The notes below the pieces were generated by a model, which worked only from the letters and a program-made list of their open reading frames with translations, made no database searches and had not been told where the DNA came from. Both the position numbers and the translations under genes were made by a program. A stretch of DNA of 63,068 bases, filler included. It is 6 parts of 6 records of this genome, joined end to end, with 100 filler letters (N's around TTAATTAATTAA, not from the genome) between each part and the next. Parts side by side here need not be neighbours in the genome. Positions count along the whole stretch, not along the records: positions 35,341 to 50,846 come from SRR31156797_16277; positions 50,947 to 63,068 come from SRR31156797_16322; 4 more parts are not named here. One strand, written 5' to 3'. Below, in pieces: positions 45,373 through 55,941 of this stretch. Each line of letters begins with the position of its first letter. Within the stretch, counting starts at the first letter, position 1.

Positions 45373-48243
45373 TTGAAGCTGTTGGTCTTGGCCGGGAAAA
45401 ATGTGGAGTCGGCTTTCATTACCCCTATAGTGCAGGGATATGAATACTCATTGGTTCATCTGGCATCTGTCTCGCGCGGTGTACGTCGGTTAGAGAAAGA
45501 AGATGCAGATTGTGTTCTTCTTGTTCCCGACAAAGGAGATACCACGTGGACACGGGCTGTTCAGCGTATTCGTAAGGAGTATGGTGTCCATGTCATCGTT
45601 GTGACGGATGAAGGGGATGAGGATAAAGCCCGTTCATTAGGGCTTTTTGATTTTTTTTCTCGTGCACAGGCTATACCGGAAAATATGGCCCGAAGCCTTC
45701 GGCATCTGGAAAGCCGCATGGCATTGGAAAGGCAACTGTTCAAGAAACGTTTCATGCACGAGTGGATGGAAGAGACAGACCGTTTTGGCCATTGGGAAAT
45801 GGATAGTCGGAACCGGGTGAAATGGTCGAGAGGCTTCCGTCGGATTATGGAACGTGGCTGTCATTCTCTTACTGAAGATTTCGATTCGATTCGGGCTTGT
45901 GTTCACCCTGACGATGTTGAGGTTTTTGATCGAGCCAATGAAGCGACCTTTGAACAAGGCTGGCCGCTTGATTTTGAATACCGGACTTTGGGCAAAGATA
46001 ACACGATCAACTATCTGCATGCTAACCGGGAAGTCGAACTTGATGATGCCGGGAATCTTCGGCGGGCTTACGGCATGGTACGAGATGTTTCCTTGCAAAA
46101 GGAACTGGAAGAGATGCTATTCCGTAGGGATGCTATTTTGCAGGTTTTAACTTCTTTTGCGGGTCGGTTTTTGCGTAAGGCGGATTGGGAAGAAGGAATT
46201 GGTAACGCGCTTGATGAGCTGGGTAAAGCTGCTGATATCACGAGAGTTTTTCTTTTTAGCAAGAGTGATGAAGGTTCCTCGGAGGAAACCCTGTCGTTGA
46301 ATCATGAATGGGTGGCTGATGGTTTCCCGAGTATTGTAGGAAGGCCGGAATTCATCAATCAGAGTTTTTCTCCGCACTATGATTCGTGGCGTATCCCCTT
46401 GCTCAGGCGCAAGATTATTTGTGGTCACGTCAAAGATTTTCGCAAAGGAGAACGTGGTTTTTTTGAGGCGACTGGAGCAAAGTCCGTCATGATTGTTCCC
46501 GTGTTTGCCGGGAATACATGGTGGGGGTTCTTGGGGTTTTCCGAACATCGTTCGGAGAGAGATTGGTTGCCCGTGGAAATCGAATCCTTGACCCTTGCGG
46601 CCAACCTTTTTGGTTCAGCCATTCATTATGGCCGTATGGGAGAAAAGTTGGTCTCCGCAAATCGATCTGCGGAAGAGGCTTCGGCGGTTGCGCTTGAAGC
46701 AAATTTGGCTAAGTCCATGTTCTTGGCGAACATGAGTCATGAGATCAGGACCCCCATTAGTGGAATTCTTGGCATGGCGGAAATGGTTGTCACAACTGGA
46801 CTCACGGATGAACAACGGGAACATATGGATATGATCCGTGATGCCGCTGGTTCATTGCTGCATATTGTCAATGACATTCTCGATATCTCAAAGATTGAAG
46901 CGGGCAAGATGGAACTCAAGCCTGTGGATTTCGATTTTCGGTCTGCGCTTGAGACAAGTGTCCGGTCTTTTGGGCCGCAGGCTGATGTGAATAACATTGC
47001 TTTTCGGTATTCCGTAAGCAAGGACATCCCGACCGTACTCAATGGTGATTCTGATCGGTTGGGGCAGATTCTATGGAACCTTTTGGGTAATGCTCTCAAA
47101 TTTACTGAACGAGGATTGGTCGAGTTGACGGTCAGTGTGACCCGCCAAGAAGCGGGCCGCGTTTGTCTGTTGTTTAAGGTTCGGGATACCGGTGCAGGTA
47201 TTTCTGAAGATAAACTTGAAAGCATTTTTGATAGTTTCACTCAGGCGGACAGTTCCCTGCGGAAGAAACATCAGGGGACAGGGTTGGGGCTGACAATTTC
47301 CCGACAATTGGTAAACATGATGGGTGGGGAAATCGGTGTTGAAAGCGAACAGGGTTTTGGCTCAACTTTCCATTTTACAGCCTGGTTTGGTGTCGCGGAA
47401 GAACAGGAGATGGAAGAAGTGCGTACGCCTTCGACTCCCAAAACGTTGCATTTGAATATATTGTTGGCTGAAGACAATCCGCTGAACCGGAAGTATTTGA
47501 CTCATTTCCTTTCCATGTTTGGGCATACCATTACCACCGCTGAGAATGGGATCGAGGCGTTGAGCGTCCTTGAGACACAAGGGAGGGCCGTTGATCTTGT
47601 TCTTATGGATGTTCAGATGCCAGAAATGAGTGGCATTGAGGCTACTCAGGCCATACGGGAATCAGATGGCAAATTGTATGATCGATCAATTCCGATTATT
47701 GCCCTGACAGCGTATGCCATGAAGGGTGACAAGGAACGGATGCTGGATTCCGGTATGAACGATTACGTGAGCAAGCCTGTTGATATGCACGAACTTTCAG
47801 ATGCAATTGTTCGTAGTATGGGCACTCGGCACCCTCAAGGAATAACGGCTGGGACCTCTTCCACGTCATCAACCGGGAAAAAAGTTGGGGAAGAGGTCAT
47901 CCCGATCAAACTCGATATGCAAGCCTTGATTGACAGATTTGAGGGCAACATGGCTTTGCTCAAGGATATTCTTGATCTGTTTGTGGTGGAGGCGGAAGAG
48001 AAAATTGTCAATCTTGATAAAGCTACAGAAAATCGTGATGCAAAGGTGATGGGGGCTTCTTTGCATTCGATCACGAATATTGCCAGTCACGTGTTGGCGA
48101 TGGAGTTGGTTAAGAAATCAAGAGAGTTGGAAAAACGTTGTTATCTTGGTCGATTGGATTCCGTTATAGAGGAACTTGGACCTTTGAAGTCTAGTTTTAA
48201 AGAGTTGGTCAAAGTTGTCAGTGCGGAAGCGGTAAAACTGTAA
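45373..48243 (+). CDS. Hybrid sensor kinase (degenerate REC, PAS, GAF, HisKA, HATPase, REC, HPt)
   Basis: GGAGG RBS with TTG start; FLANMSHEIRTP, NALKFT, DTGAGI, GTGLGL, MDVQMP; HPt-like LHSITN. Confidence 0.93.
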   Translation: MKLLVLAGKNVESAFITPIVQGYEYSLVHLASVSRGVRRLEKEDADCVLLVPDKGDTTWTRAVQRIRKEYGVHVIVVTDEGDEDKARSLGLFDFFSRAQAIPENMARSLRHLESRMALERQLFKKRFMHEWMEETDRFGHWEMDSRNRVKWSRGFRRIMERGCHSLTEDFDSIRACVHPDDVEVFDRANEATFEQGWPLDFEYRTLGKDNTINYLHANREVELDDAGNLRRAYGMVRDVSLQKELEEMLFRRDAILQVLTSFAGRFLRKADWEEGIGNALDELGKAADITRVFLFSKSDEGSSEETLSLNHEWVADGFPSIVGRPEFINQSFSPHYDSWRIPLLRRKIICGHVKDFRKGERGFFEATGAKSVMIVPVFAGNTWWGFLGFSEHRSERDWLPVEIESLTLAANLFGSAIHYGRMGEKLVSANRSAEEASAVALEANLAKSMFLANMSHEIRTPISGILGMAEMVVTTGLTDEQREHMDMIRDAAGSLLHIVNDILDISKIEAGKMELKPVDFDFRSALETSVRSFGPQADVNNIAFRYSVSKDIPTVLNGDSDRLGQILWNLLGNALKFTERGLVELTVSVTRQEAGRVCLLFKVRDTGAGISEDKLESIFDSFTQADSSLRKKHQGTGLGLTISRQLVNMMGGEIGVESEQGFGSTFHFTAWFGVAEEQEMEEVRTPSTPKTLHLNILLAEDNPLNRKYLTHFLSMFGHTITTAENGIEALSVLETQGRAVDLVLMDVQMPEMSGIEATQAIRESDGKLYDRSIPIIALTAYAMKGDKERMLDSGMNDYVSKPVDMHELSDAIVRSMGTRHPQGITAGTSSTSSTGKKVGEEVIPIKLDMQALIDRFEGNMALLKDILDLFVVEAEEKIVNLDKATENRDAKVMGASLHSITNIASHVLAMELVKKSRELEKRCYLGRLDSVIEELGPLKSSFKELVKVVSAEAVKL

Positions 48244-48324
48244 CTTCCATTGCAATTCGTTTCCTGAACACGTAAGCTCTACCGATCATTTTCATTCTGG
48301 AAAAGCTCATGCAGGAGGTGGAGA

Positions 48325-49002
48325 ATGCTGGTCAGAGATTGGATGACGATCAATGTCATTTCTTTGGGGGTTAACTCGTCTGTTCTGGACGCTGCTGAAT
48401 TTCTGCGTGAGAAAAATATTCGACAATTTCCGGTTATCGACAGTCAAGGTGCCTTGGTCGGCATCGTGTCTGATCGGGATATCCGTGACGCCATGCCTTC
48501 CAAGTTTATTCCTGGCGACCTTGCGACTGAGCAAGGTGGGGGCCTGTATACATTGACCGCGAGTGACATCATGACTTCGGATCCCATTAGTGTGCATTCG
48601 GATGCAGCCATGACTGAAGTCGCCGAAACATTGGTGAAGAACAAGGTTGGTGGTTTGCCGGTTGTTGATGGCGGTCAACTGAAGGGCATTATTACTCAAG
48701 CCGACGTGCTGCGCTTTTTGTGTACGGCGTCTGGTTCTCTGCGGGGTGGAGCACAATTTGCCATCCGCATGGATGGGCGGCCAGAGCTTTTGGCAGAACT
48801 GTTGTGCGAGATTAGGAATGTGGGAATTATTTTTACAAGCGTGTTCACGGCGCACGATCCGGTTCAATCCGGATTTACCAACGCTTATGTCACAGTGGCC
48901 GACATGGGCGATATGTCTGTGGAAGAGGTCGTGGGAATTCTTCAGGATAAATATGAACTGCTTTTTTACGTCGTTGAAGGTGTGACTGTCGATATGGAAT
49001 AA
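48325..49002 (+). CDS. CBS-pair plus ACT-like domain protein (AcuB-like)
   Basis: LVGIVSDRDIR and GGLPVVD..LKGIITQADV; GGAGG RBS. Confidence 0.88.
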   Translation: MLVRDWMTINVISLGVNSSVLDAAEFLREKNIRQFPVIDSQGALVGIVSDRDIRDAMPSKFIPGDLATEQGGGLYTLTASDIMTSDPISVHSDAAMTEVAETLVKNKVGGLPVVDGGQLKGIITQADVLRFLCTASGSLRGGAQFAIRMDGRPELLAELLCEIRNVGIIFTSVFTAHDPVQSGFTNAYVTVADMGDMSVEEVVGILQDKYELLFYVVEGVTVDME

Positions 49003-49020
49003 ATCATTTTTGAGTTTCAT

Positions 49021-49074
49021 CCCACGCAACAACGCCCTGCCTGATTTTAATCAGGCAGGGCGTTGTTGCGTGGG
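49021..49074. terminator. Perfect 26-bp inverted repeat between convergent genes
   Basis: CCCACGCAACAACGCCCTGCCTGATT-TT-AATCAGGCAGGGCGTTGTTGCGTGGG. Confidence 0.7.
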
Positions 49075-49081
49075 GCGTTTA

Positions 49082-49450
49082 TTAGTCCGCCAAGGCCTTG
49101 TTGACGACACGCACCATTTTGCGGGTATCAATGGGTTTGGTGAAGGTGTCGACCACGTCATATACCTTGGCCAGTTCGACAATGGCTTCCGGGTTGAAGG
49201 CCTCGCCGCCGGATATGGCAATGAACTTGTGGGAACTGTCTGCTTTGATGAGTTCTCCCATGACTTGAAGTCCGCCTTTTTTGGGCAGGAAAATATCAAT
49301 GATGGAAAGATCTATCTTGGTTTCTTGACATATATGAATGGCTTCTTCGCCGTCCACAGCTTCAACAACGTTGTATCCTTCTGCTTCGAGTACGGATTTG
49401 AGTAACTCGCGAATCATGGGGGCATCGTCTACGACAAGTATGGTTTTCAT
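49082..49450 (-). CDS. Single-domain response regulator
   Basis: ILVVDD, IDIFLP, ISGG and KP motifs; AGGAG RBS. Confidence 0.92.
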   Translation of the reverse strand: MKTILVVDDAPMIRELLKSVLEAEGYNVVEAVDGEEAIHICQETKIDLSIIDIFLPKKGGLQVMGELIKADSSHKFIAISGGEAFNPEAIVELAKVYDVVDTFTKPIDTRKMVRVVNKALAD

Positions 49451-49478
49451 TTCATGCTCCTTAGGCTGGGTGGTTCTT

Positions 49479-50846
49479 TTACGCCGAACCTTGCGTCAGA
49501 TTAATATACTGTAGCGCAGATTTAACTTCAGATTCAAGGCTTTTAAGTTCTTTCTTGGCAGAGGAGGCGTCTTGGTGCCTGCACAAGTATTCAACTTGTT
49601 CGGCAACCGCACCGGCTTTGAGTGCCCCAACAGTTCTGGATGATCCTTTGATAGAGTGGGCAAGTCGCATGGCAGTATCCCAGTCGCGGCTCTCGAAGGC
49701 CGTTGTTAATTCAGTCATTTCACCGGGGACGTCTCGAAGGAAAATTGTATCCATACGGGCCAGCAACTCCTTTTTGCCTCCGAGCATGTCCAAGGCCGTT
49801 ACTCGATCATAGGGCTGGCCGTTATTCGGTTTGGGTTGAGGCGTACGATGTAAATTTTTCTTAACCAGCCCTTTGTCTACGTTTCGGGCAATGGCGTTGT
49901 AAAAATTGTTCATGGTAATGGGTTTGGCAATGTAATCATCCATTCCCGCATCCAGAAAACGTTCGCGATCGCCTTTGAGGGCGTGGGCGGTCAGGGCCAG
50001 AATGGGAACTGAAGGATCGACGACGCCGGATTGTGGCGCACGGATGGCCCGTGTGGCCGAAACTCCGTCCATGATGGGCATCTGGACATCCATGAGGATA
50101 AGGTCAAAACGTTCTTCCTTGAGAGCTTCCAAGGCTTGGATGCCGTTTTCTACAGCCGTGACGGTGTGACCACGTTCAGTCAGTAGAGTTGTGGCAAGTT
50201 CCCGGTTAAGCGGGTTGTCGTCGGCCAACAAGACTTTGAGTTCGGGAATTTCCGGGATGGATGCATTCATCAGGTTTTGCTCTTGAGCTTGCAGAGCCTT
50301 CTGGTTGCCAACGCGGAGATTGGCGGTGAAGGAAAATGCGCTTCCTTTGCCCTCTTCACTTTGGAGTGAGAATTCTCCTCCCATGAGTTTTACCAACAAC
50401 GTGCAGATGGCGAGCCCTAGGCCGGTGCCCCCGTGTTTGCGGGTGATGGAGTCGTCAGCCTGAAGAAATGAACCGAAAATGGTTTTTTGTTTGTCAATGG
50501 GGATGCCTATACCCGTATCTCGTACTGTAAACGTCACGGTCACCGGAGTTCCTGGCTTCATATCAGAAGGTGGTTCTTGTGCTGTCACGTCGACATGGAC
50601 ACTGCCGGTTTCAGTGAATTTGATGGCGTTTGAAATGAGATTGATAAGGATTTGGCGTAGCCGTGATGAGTCCCCTTCCAGTACAGCAGGAACGGAGTCG
50701 TCCACCGTGGATGTTAAATTCAATCCTTTGTCGGCTGCCAAGAGCATGTGTAGATCCATGGTAGAATCCACGGTTTTTTTTACATCGAAATCAATGGCCT
50801 CAAGAGCCAGTTTGCGGGCTTCGATTTTGGAAAAATCAAGGATGTC
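49479..50846 (-). CDS. Hybrid histidine kinase (HATPase, REC, HPt), 5'-truncated
   Basis: Open from the contig edge (DILDFSKIEA); NAIKFT, DTGIGI, GGTGLGL, MDVQMP, AHSIKG. Confidence 0.93.
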   Translation of the reverse strand, partial: DILDFSKIEARKLALEAIDFDVKKTVDSTMDLHMLLAADKGLNLTSTVDDSVPAVLEGDSSRLRQILINLISNAIKFTETGSVHVDVTAQEPPSDMKPGTPVTVTFTVRDTGIGIPIDKQKTIFGSFLQADDSITRKHGGTGLGLAICTLLVKLMGGEFSLQSEEGKGSAFSFTANLRVGNQKALQAQEQNLMNASIPEIPELKVLLADDNPLNRELATTLLTERGHTVTAVENGIQALEALKEERFDLILMDVQMPIMDGVSATRAIRAPQSGVVDPSVPILALTAHALKGDRERFLDAGMDDYIAKPITMNNFYNAIARNVDKGLVKKNLHRTPQPKPNNGQPYDRVTALDMLGGKKELLARMDTIFLRDVPGEMTELTTAFESRDWDTAMRLAHSIKGSSRTVGALKAGAVAEQVEYLCRHQDASSAKKELKSLESEVKSALQYINLTQGSA

Positions 50847-50946
50847 NNNNNNNNNNNNNNNNNNNNNNNNNNNNNNNNNNNNNNNNNNNNTTAATTAATT
50901 AANNNNNNNNNNNNNNNNNNNNNNNNNNNNNNNNNNNNNNNNNNNN
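50847..50946. other. Artificial contig spacer
   Basis: 44 N + TTAATTAATTAA + 44 N. Confidence 0.99.
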
Positions 50947-53808
50947 GGCAAAGGAGTCAAGGGTCCAGTGCCAGTCGGAAAGCCGTTCTCCCGTGGGCTG
51001 GCCCTCGTCATTCACGGATTTGGCCTGGCCTGTCCCGTCCGTTGAGATGGTGAACACATCTCCGTCAAACAACGTGCCGTCGGAAAACACCAGGGTCATG
51101 CCGTCCACATCCACCTCAATGGGCGCCTCCGGCGTAATGGGGGGATCGGACCCCTCGATCTCAAAACTGCCCGAGCCATTGCTGTTCTTCCAGTTGATCA
51201 CAAGCGGCGGCTCCCCGGGTCCCGGCAGATGCCCCACCTTTCCGCCGGATTCCACCGTAAAGGTGTAGGTGTCGTTGATGCTGTTGCCCTTGCCCCTGAT
51301 CCTGAAATCCAGGGGATCGACTTTGCCCGATTCATCGGTATTGATGGTCATGGTGTTGCCCGCCACAAGGGAACCGGCACCGACATTAAAGGACAGAGTC
51401 TTCACGCCCCCCTCCTTGATCTCCACCCTGCCGTCGTCCGGCACCTCGATAAGCCCTTCCTCTCCGGTCAGGAACCCTTCCGCATCCAGCTTTTCCCACT
51501 TAATCACCGGGGTTTTGTCATACAACGTGGAGGAGGTACTGTTCCGGATAGGTACACCCGGCGAAATCTCTTTACCCGATTCGAGCAAATCATTGACCGG
51601 CTGCTTGGTGGTGCTTCCCGTGCCGGTGGAGACCCTGAGAGTTGCGTTATTACTTCCGGCTTCGGTAAATTTGGTAATCTCAATGGGCTCTTCAAGCATC
51701 TTGCTCTTCACAACGGATACGGACGCACCGGTGACAAAAACAGTATAATCGGACCCAAGTCCTGCCGCATCAATTGCCGTCTTAAGATTATTTGCATACA
51801 CCTCATCGCTTAAACCGGCAGCACCTGTCGCATAGTTAACCGTGGTCCCGTCAATATCAAAGGAAATTGGATCACCATTTAGATTGCCAAATCCGCCTTT
51901 TCCACCCAAGGTGATGATGGAGCTACCAGATACGGCATTCCCGTTGGCAAAGATCTCCCCGTTGTTGGGTCCTGACTTACTGCTGGCAAAGGACATGCCC
52001 GGATCGTGGAGCATGGTGACCGTGCCAGTGATGACAGCGGCCTTGTTCGGGCCTGCCGCGGATGTTTCCACAATGGTTTGACCTTCAAAATCGATGGTAT
52101 GAACCCCGCCGGTGATATCAAGGTCCTGGACCCCGATATTCCTGCCGGACTTGCTGGCCACGGTCAATCCGCTTGCGGAAAAATCCTCGTCGGAATTGGT
52201 CTCGTTGATTTTTTGGGCGGCATCCCTTAAGGAATCTTCAAACTGTTTCTGATAGGTACCCACGGTGGAATCCACGGTAAAGGTCTGCTCCTGCTCGATA
52301 CCGTCAACCACCAGGGTATACTTGACCACATCGCCATCGGCCGGGTCGGCACCAAGGCCAAATTCGGCTGTTGTCTTGGAGGCATGGGCCTCTACCCCAG
52401 GAATCTTATTCAACTCCTCGCTGATGGAGGCGGCCGATCTGAAGGCGTCTCCGCCGTTATCCTTTACATTGATCTTCTTGGTGCCAATGGGACTGCCGTA
52501 GATGGTGAGGGTCTGATCGGCAATGGAATTGCCCAGGGCGGCGGAGACACTGGCCCCGGTCTGCACCTCCCCAAGGCGGGAACCGTCGAACTCGGCCACT
52601 TCCCGGTCCCCGACGGTGGCGCCCTCCACAACGGTCATCTTATACCGGGCCTGCTGGCTCCCCAGGGCGGTTCCCTCCCAGGCGGAGAGTTTCGCTTCCG
52701 ATATGCCCATGTCCACTTCAGCGGACCGGTAGGCCGCGGACGTGCCTGACTGATCCTTGATCCACATCTTAAAATCTTTGGCGTAGTCGATACGGTCTCC
52801 AAAGGCAAGGCTTGACATTAGCCTGCTGGGATCGGACTCATAGGTACCGGTCACCGGTTCCGAAAAATAGTTCAGCCCGGCGCCCTGGGAATGCTGATAA
52901 TTCATTGCCCAGATCATATTTTCCGCAAGCACATCCAGGTCGGCCTGGTATTTGGGAATCACCTCATCCCGGATATCGAGCCACCCCCCGAGCTTTCCGC
53001 CCTGAATCTTATCGGTGATATCGATTTTCGAGCCGTAGGACCCCTGCCACATGACCTGGTTCTCAACCATGGACACCTCATAATTATCCACCCCGTTCAC
53101 CAGGGAGAATCCATTGGCGGCATTGACGATGATGGCGCCGTTGGATTGTTCAAAGGTGTCGATATCCATAAGGCTTGCCAGCTCGTCCACCAGGGCGTTT
53201 CGCTGGTCCCGCTGATCATTGGCCGTTCGGTTCAGCTCCGTGCCGGTGATCTCCCGGTTCATGTCGGCAATCTGCCGGGTGATGGAATTGATCTGTCCGA
53301 GGCTTGAGGAGATTTCATCATTCAGGTCCGTGGTGAGGCGCATGAGATCCGCGTTTACGGAATTATAGCGTTCTGCAAGGTTTTTGGCGTTATCAACTAC
53401 CGCCACCCGCTCGGAAGAGCCCAGGGGATTGATGGACAGGTTGCTCCAGGAATTCCAGAACTTGGAGGTGAGGCTGTTGATGCTGCTGTCCGACGACTCG
53501 TCGAAATAGCTCTCCACGATGTTCAGATAGGCCTCGGCCTCTTCAAATGCGGCCTGGGAGGCTTTTGCGTCGGTGAGCCGGTTTTCAAGGAGCTGGTCCA
53601 CCTGCTGTTTGATCTGATCGACGCCCACGCCCGTACCGAACAGAAAACCGGAATAGAGCGCCGGTCTGTTGGCCCTGTGATCGGCCAGCTGGCGGCTGTA
53701 GTCCGGGTTGTTGACATTGGCGATGTTGTGGCCCGTAACATTAAGGCTGTACTGCTGGGCGGCAATGGCGCCCTGGGCGATGTTCAAGGTTGAGGAAATT
53801 CCTGACAT
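50947..53808 (-). CDS. flgK: Flagellar hook-associated protein FlgK, very long, 3'-truncated
   Basis: GHNIANVNNPDYSRQ, GTGV, DQRDQRNALVDELA, GGKLGG; follows flgN. Confidence 0.93.
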
Positions 53809-53810
53809 GA

Positions 53811-54314
53811 CTACACCTCTGCCTGTATAAAATGGTTGGGTTGTTTACTCTCGCAGAGCTTACCGGGGATCTCATACTGCTCAGGGCCCGTCAACGTGAC
53901 AATGGTGGAGAGCACATCGTGAATCACCTCCAGATATTCCCCCACATAGCGTTGATTTTCCGAGGCAAGCACCTGTATCTCATCCTTTTGCCCATCAATG
54001 GCAACCCGTGCGGCTTCAACACCGGCTTTCTCCCTGGGCGATCCAGGAATCAGGCGCACCAATTGGGACAGACGAAACGAATTCAGATCCATGCCATGCT
54101 CCATGTCATGCTCGTCAAGCACATTGATCATCCGCCCTCTCAAGGCTTCGATCGCTTTGACGATCTCATTCTTTTCCCCAGTGACCTGCCACAGGGTATC
54201 GACATCCATGGCGATGATCACCTCTCGTTCCCGTTTTAAAAGCTCTATCAGTTGCTCATAACACGTACGCTTCTCTTGAAGCAGGTCTTTAATCTTATCG
54301 GCAAATTTTTCCAT
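53811..54314 (-). CDS. flgN: Flagellar export chaperone FlgN
   Basis: Helical protein (YEQLIELLKRER...KNEIV...ENQRY) directly before flgK; ATG 54314 has a GGGAG RBS. Confidence 0.8.
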   Translation of the reverse strand: MEKFADKIKDLLQEKRTCYEQLIELLKREREVIIAMDVDTLWQVTGEKNEIVKAIEALRGRMINVLDEHDMEHGMDLNSFRLSQLVRLIPGSPREKAGVEAARVAIDGQKDEIQVLASENQRYVGEYLEVIHDVLSTIVTLTGPEQYEIPGKLCESKQPNHFIQAEV

Positions 54315-54337
54315 GTCAGCTCCCATTTTATTGTTTT

Positions 54338-54364
54338 CTATCGGCATCAACGGATTTCACCTGA
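54338..54364 (-). promoter_or_regulatory. Sigma-28 (FliA) promoter for flgN-flgK
   Basis: TCAG-N15-GCCGATAG on the minus strand. Confidence 0.7.
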
Positions 54365-54442
54365 AATTTAAATCAAAAACCTTGGTTGACCGTGGGTGAC
54401 CGGGAATTTTTTTCCTCCCCAAATGCCGTTATGTTACAAGAC

Positions 54443-54458
54443 AGCAACATCCATGCCA
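54443..54458 (-). promoter_or_regulatory. Sigma-54 promoter upstream of flgN
   Basis: TGGCAT-GGATG-TTGCT on the minus strand. Confidence 0.7.
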
Positions 54459-54466
54459 TCGACTAT

Positions 54467-54772
54467 CTACTTTTCTGAATCCTCCAGCTCCCTGTAGAAA
54501 AAATCCGCGATACCCACCCCCCTGCCGGAAGCGGCAAGCTTATCGGCCAGGTGCTGGTCATACATGGATTTGTAAATGTCCATGCCTTGCCCGTTCCCAA
54601 ACAGGCCGTCCCCGGGCAGGGTCTGCCGCATGGATTTCAGCATGGAGGAAAGAAAGATCGCCTCAAACCCCTGGCAGGCTTCCTTCAGCTTCTGTTTATC
54701 ATTGTTTCCGGCTTGGTTTCCCTTTACCTGATGAACCCGTGCGGACGAAAGGGCCTGGTCGATTGCATCCAT
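54467..54772 (-). CDS. flgJ: FlgJ rod-binding domain protein (no muramidase domain)
   Basis: LKEACQGFEAIFLSSMLKSMR...MYDQHLA...GIAD. Confidence 0.9.
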   Translation of the reverse strand: MDAIDQALSSARVHQVKGNQAGNNDKQKLKEACQGFEAIFLSSMLKSMRQTLPGDGLFGNGQGMDIYKSMYDQHLADKLAASGRGVGIADFFYRELEDSEK

Positions 54773-54792
54773 TTATAACTCCTTTGCTATTA

Positions 54793-55926
54793 TCATATGA
54801 TTTCCAGGTCGGCCTGGAGGGCCCCCGCCGCCTTGATGCTCTGGAGGATGGTGATCAGATCCCTGGGAGAGACGCCAATGGAGTTGAGCCCCTTGACAAG
54901 CTCACCAATGGTCGCGCTTCCCGGAAGGGGCATCACCTGGACCTCCTCCTCCTCCACAGTCACCTCGGCCTGGGGCGTCACCACGGTCTCCCCTTCGGTA
55001 AAGGGCTCCGGTTGGGACACATCTGCAGACTTCTTGACAGTGACGGTGAGGTTGCCATGGGCAACGGCAACGGTGGAGATGGTGACGTTCTCCCCGATCA
55101 CAACGGTGCCGGTCTTTTCGTTGACCACCACCTTGGCCTTTGTATCCGGGACGATGGAAAGGGTCTCGATGTCGGCCAGGAACTCGGCCACATCGTTCTG
55201 CTGCATGTTTTCCGGAATGTTCAGGCGAAGGGCGCTGGAATCGACGGTTTCAGCGACCCCCTCGCCAACGGAGGCGTTGATGGTGTCCGCCACCCGCTTG
55301 GCTGTTGTAAAATCCGGGTTGAACAGGGAGAGGATCAGCTCCTTCTTGCCGTCAAGGATCACCGGGATTTCCCGTTCCACACTGGCGCCGTTGGCGATCC
55401 TGGCCACCTGGAGGTGGTTCTTCTGGGTCCTGCCACCGGCCGCCCCGGCCCCCGTGCCGCCGAGGGTCACAGGGCCCTGGGCCAGGGCATACACCCTTCC
55501 GTCGACGCCCTTGAGGGGCGTCAAAAGCAAAGTGCCGCCGGCAAGGCTCTTGGCATCCCCGATGGAGGAGGCAACAACGTCTATTTTGTTACCGATCCTG
55601 GCAAATGCGGGTATTTCAGCCGTGACGATAACGGCGGCAATGTTCTTGACATTGAGCTGGTTCTTGTCCACATGGATTCCCATGCGATCCATCATGTTGG
55701 CCAGGGCCTGGGTGGTAAAATCGGACCCGGACTTGTCCCCGGTGCCGTCCAGTCCCACAATGAGGCCGTAACCCGTTAGCTGGTTGCTCCGGATGCCCTT
55801 GATCGCCGCAAGGTCCTTGATCCGGGCCGCCTGGGCCGTATGCCCCCCAGGGAACAGGATAAACGCGAAAAAAAAGATGCCCAGGACCGCAAACAAGCCC
55901 TTTGAGTCAATTTTAAAATGCTTCAT
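54793..55926 (-). CDS. flgI: Flagellar P-ring protein FlgI
   Basis: RIKDL, NQLTGYGLIVGLDGTGD, GDAKSLAGGTLL, ILQSIKAAGALQADLEII. Confidence 0.97.
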   Translation of the reverse strand: MKHFKIDSKGLFAVLGIFFFAFILFPGGHTAQAARIKDLAAIKGIRSNQLTGYGLIVGLDGTGDKSGSDFTTQALANMMDRMGIHVDKNQLNVKNIAAVIVTAEIPAFARIGNKIDVVASSIGDAKSLAGGTLLLTPLKGVDGRVYALAQGPVTLGGTGAGAAGGRTQKNHLQVARIANGASVEREIPVILDGKKELILSLFNPDFTTAKRVADTINASVGEGVAETVDSSALRLNIPENMQQNDVAEFLADIETLSIVPDTKAKVVVNEKTGTVVIGENVTISTVAVAHGNLTVTVKKSADVSQPEPFTEGETVVTPQAEVTVEEEEVQVMPLPGSATIGELVKGLNSIGVSPRDLITILQSIKAAGALQADLEII

Positions 55927-55941
55927 AAGAACACTTCCTTT

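Noticed and set aside
54467-54772. flgJ as a truncated pseudogene lacking the muramidase domain
   Set aside because: Single-domain rod-binding FlgJ is common outside beta/gamma-proteobacteria, and the ORF has an RBS and a clean stop.
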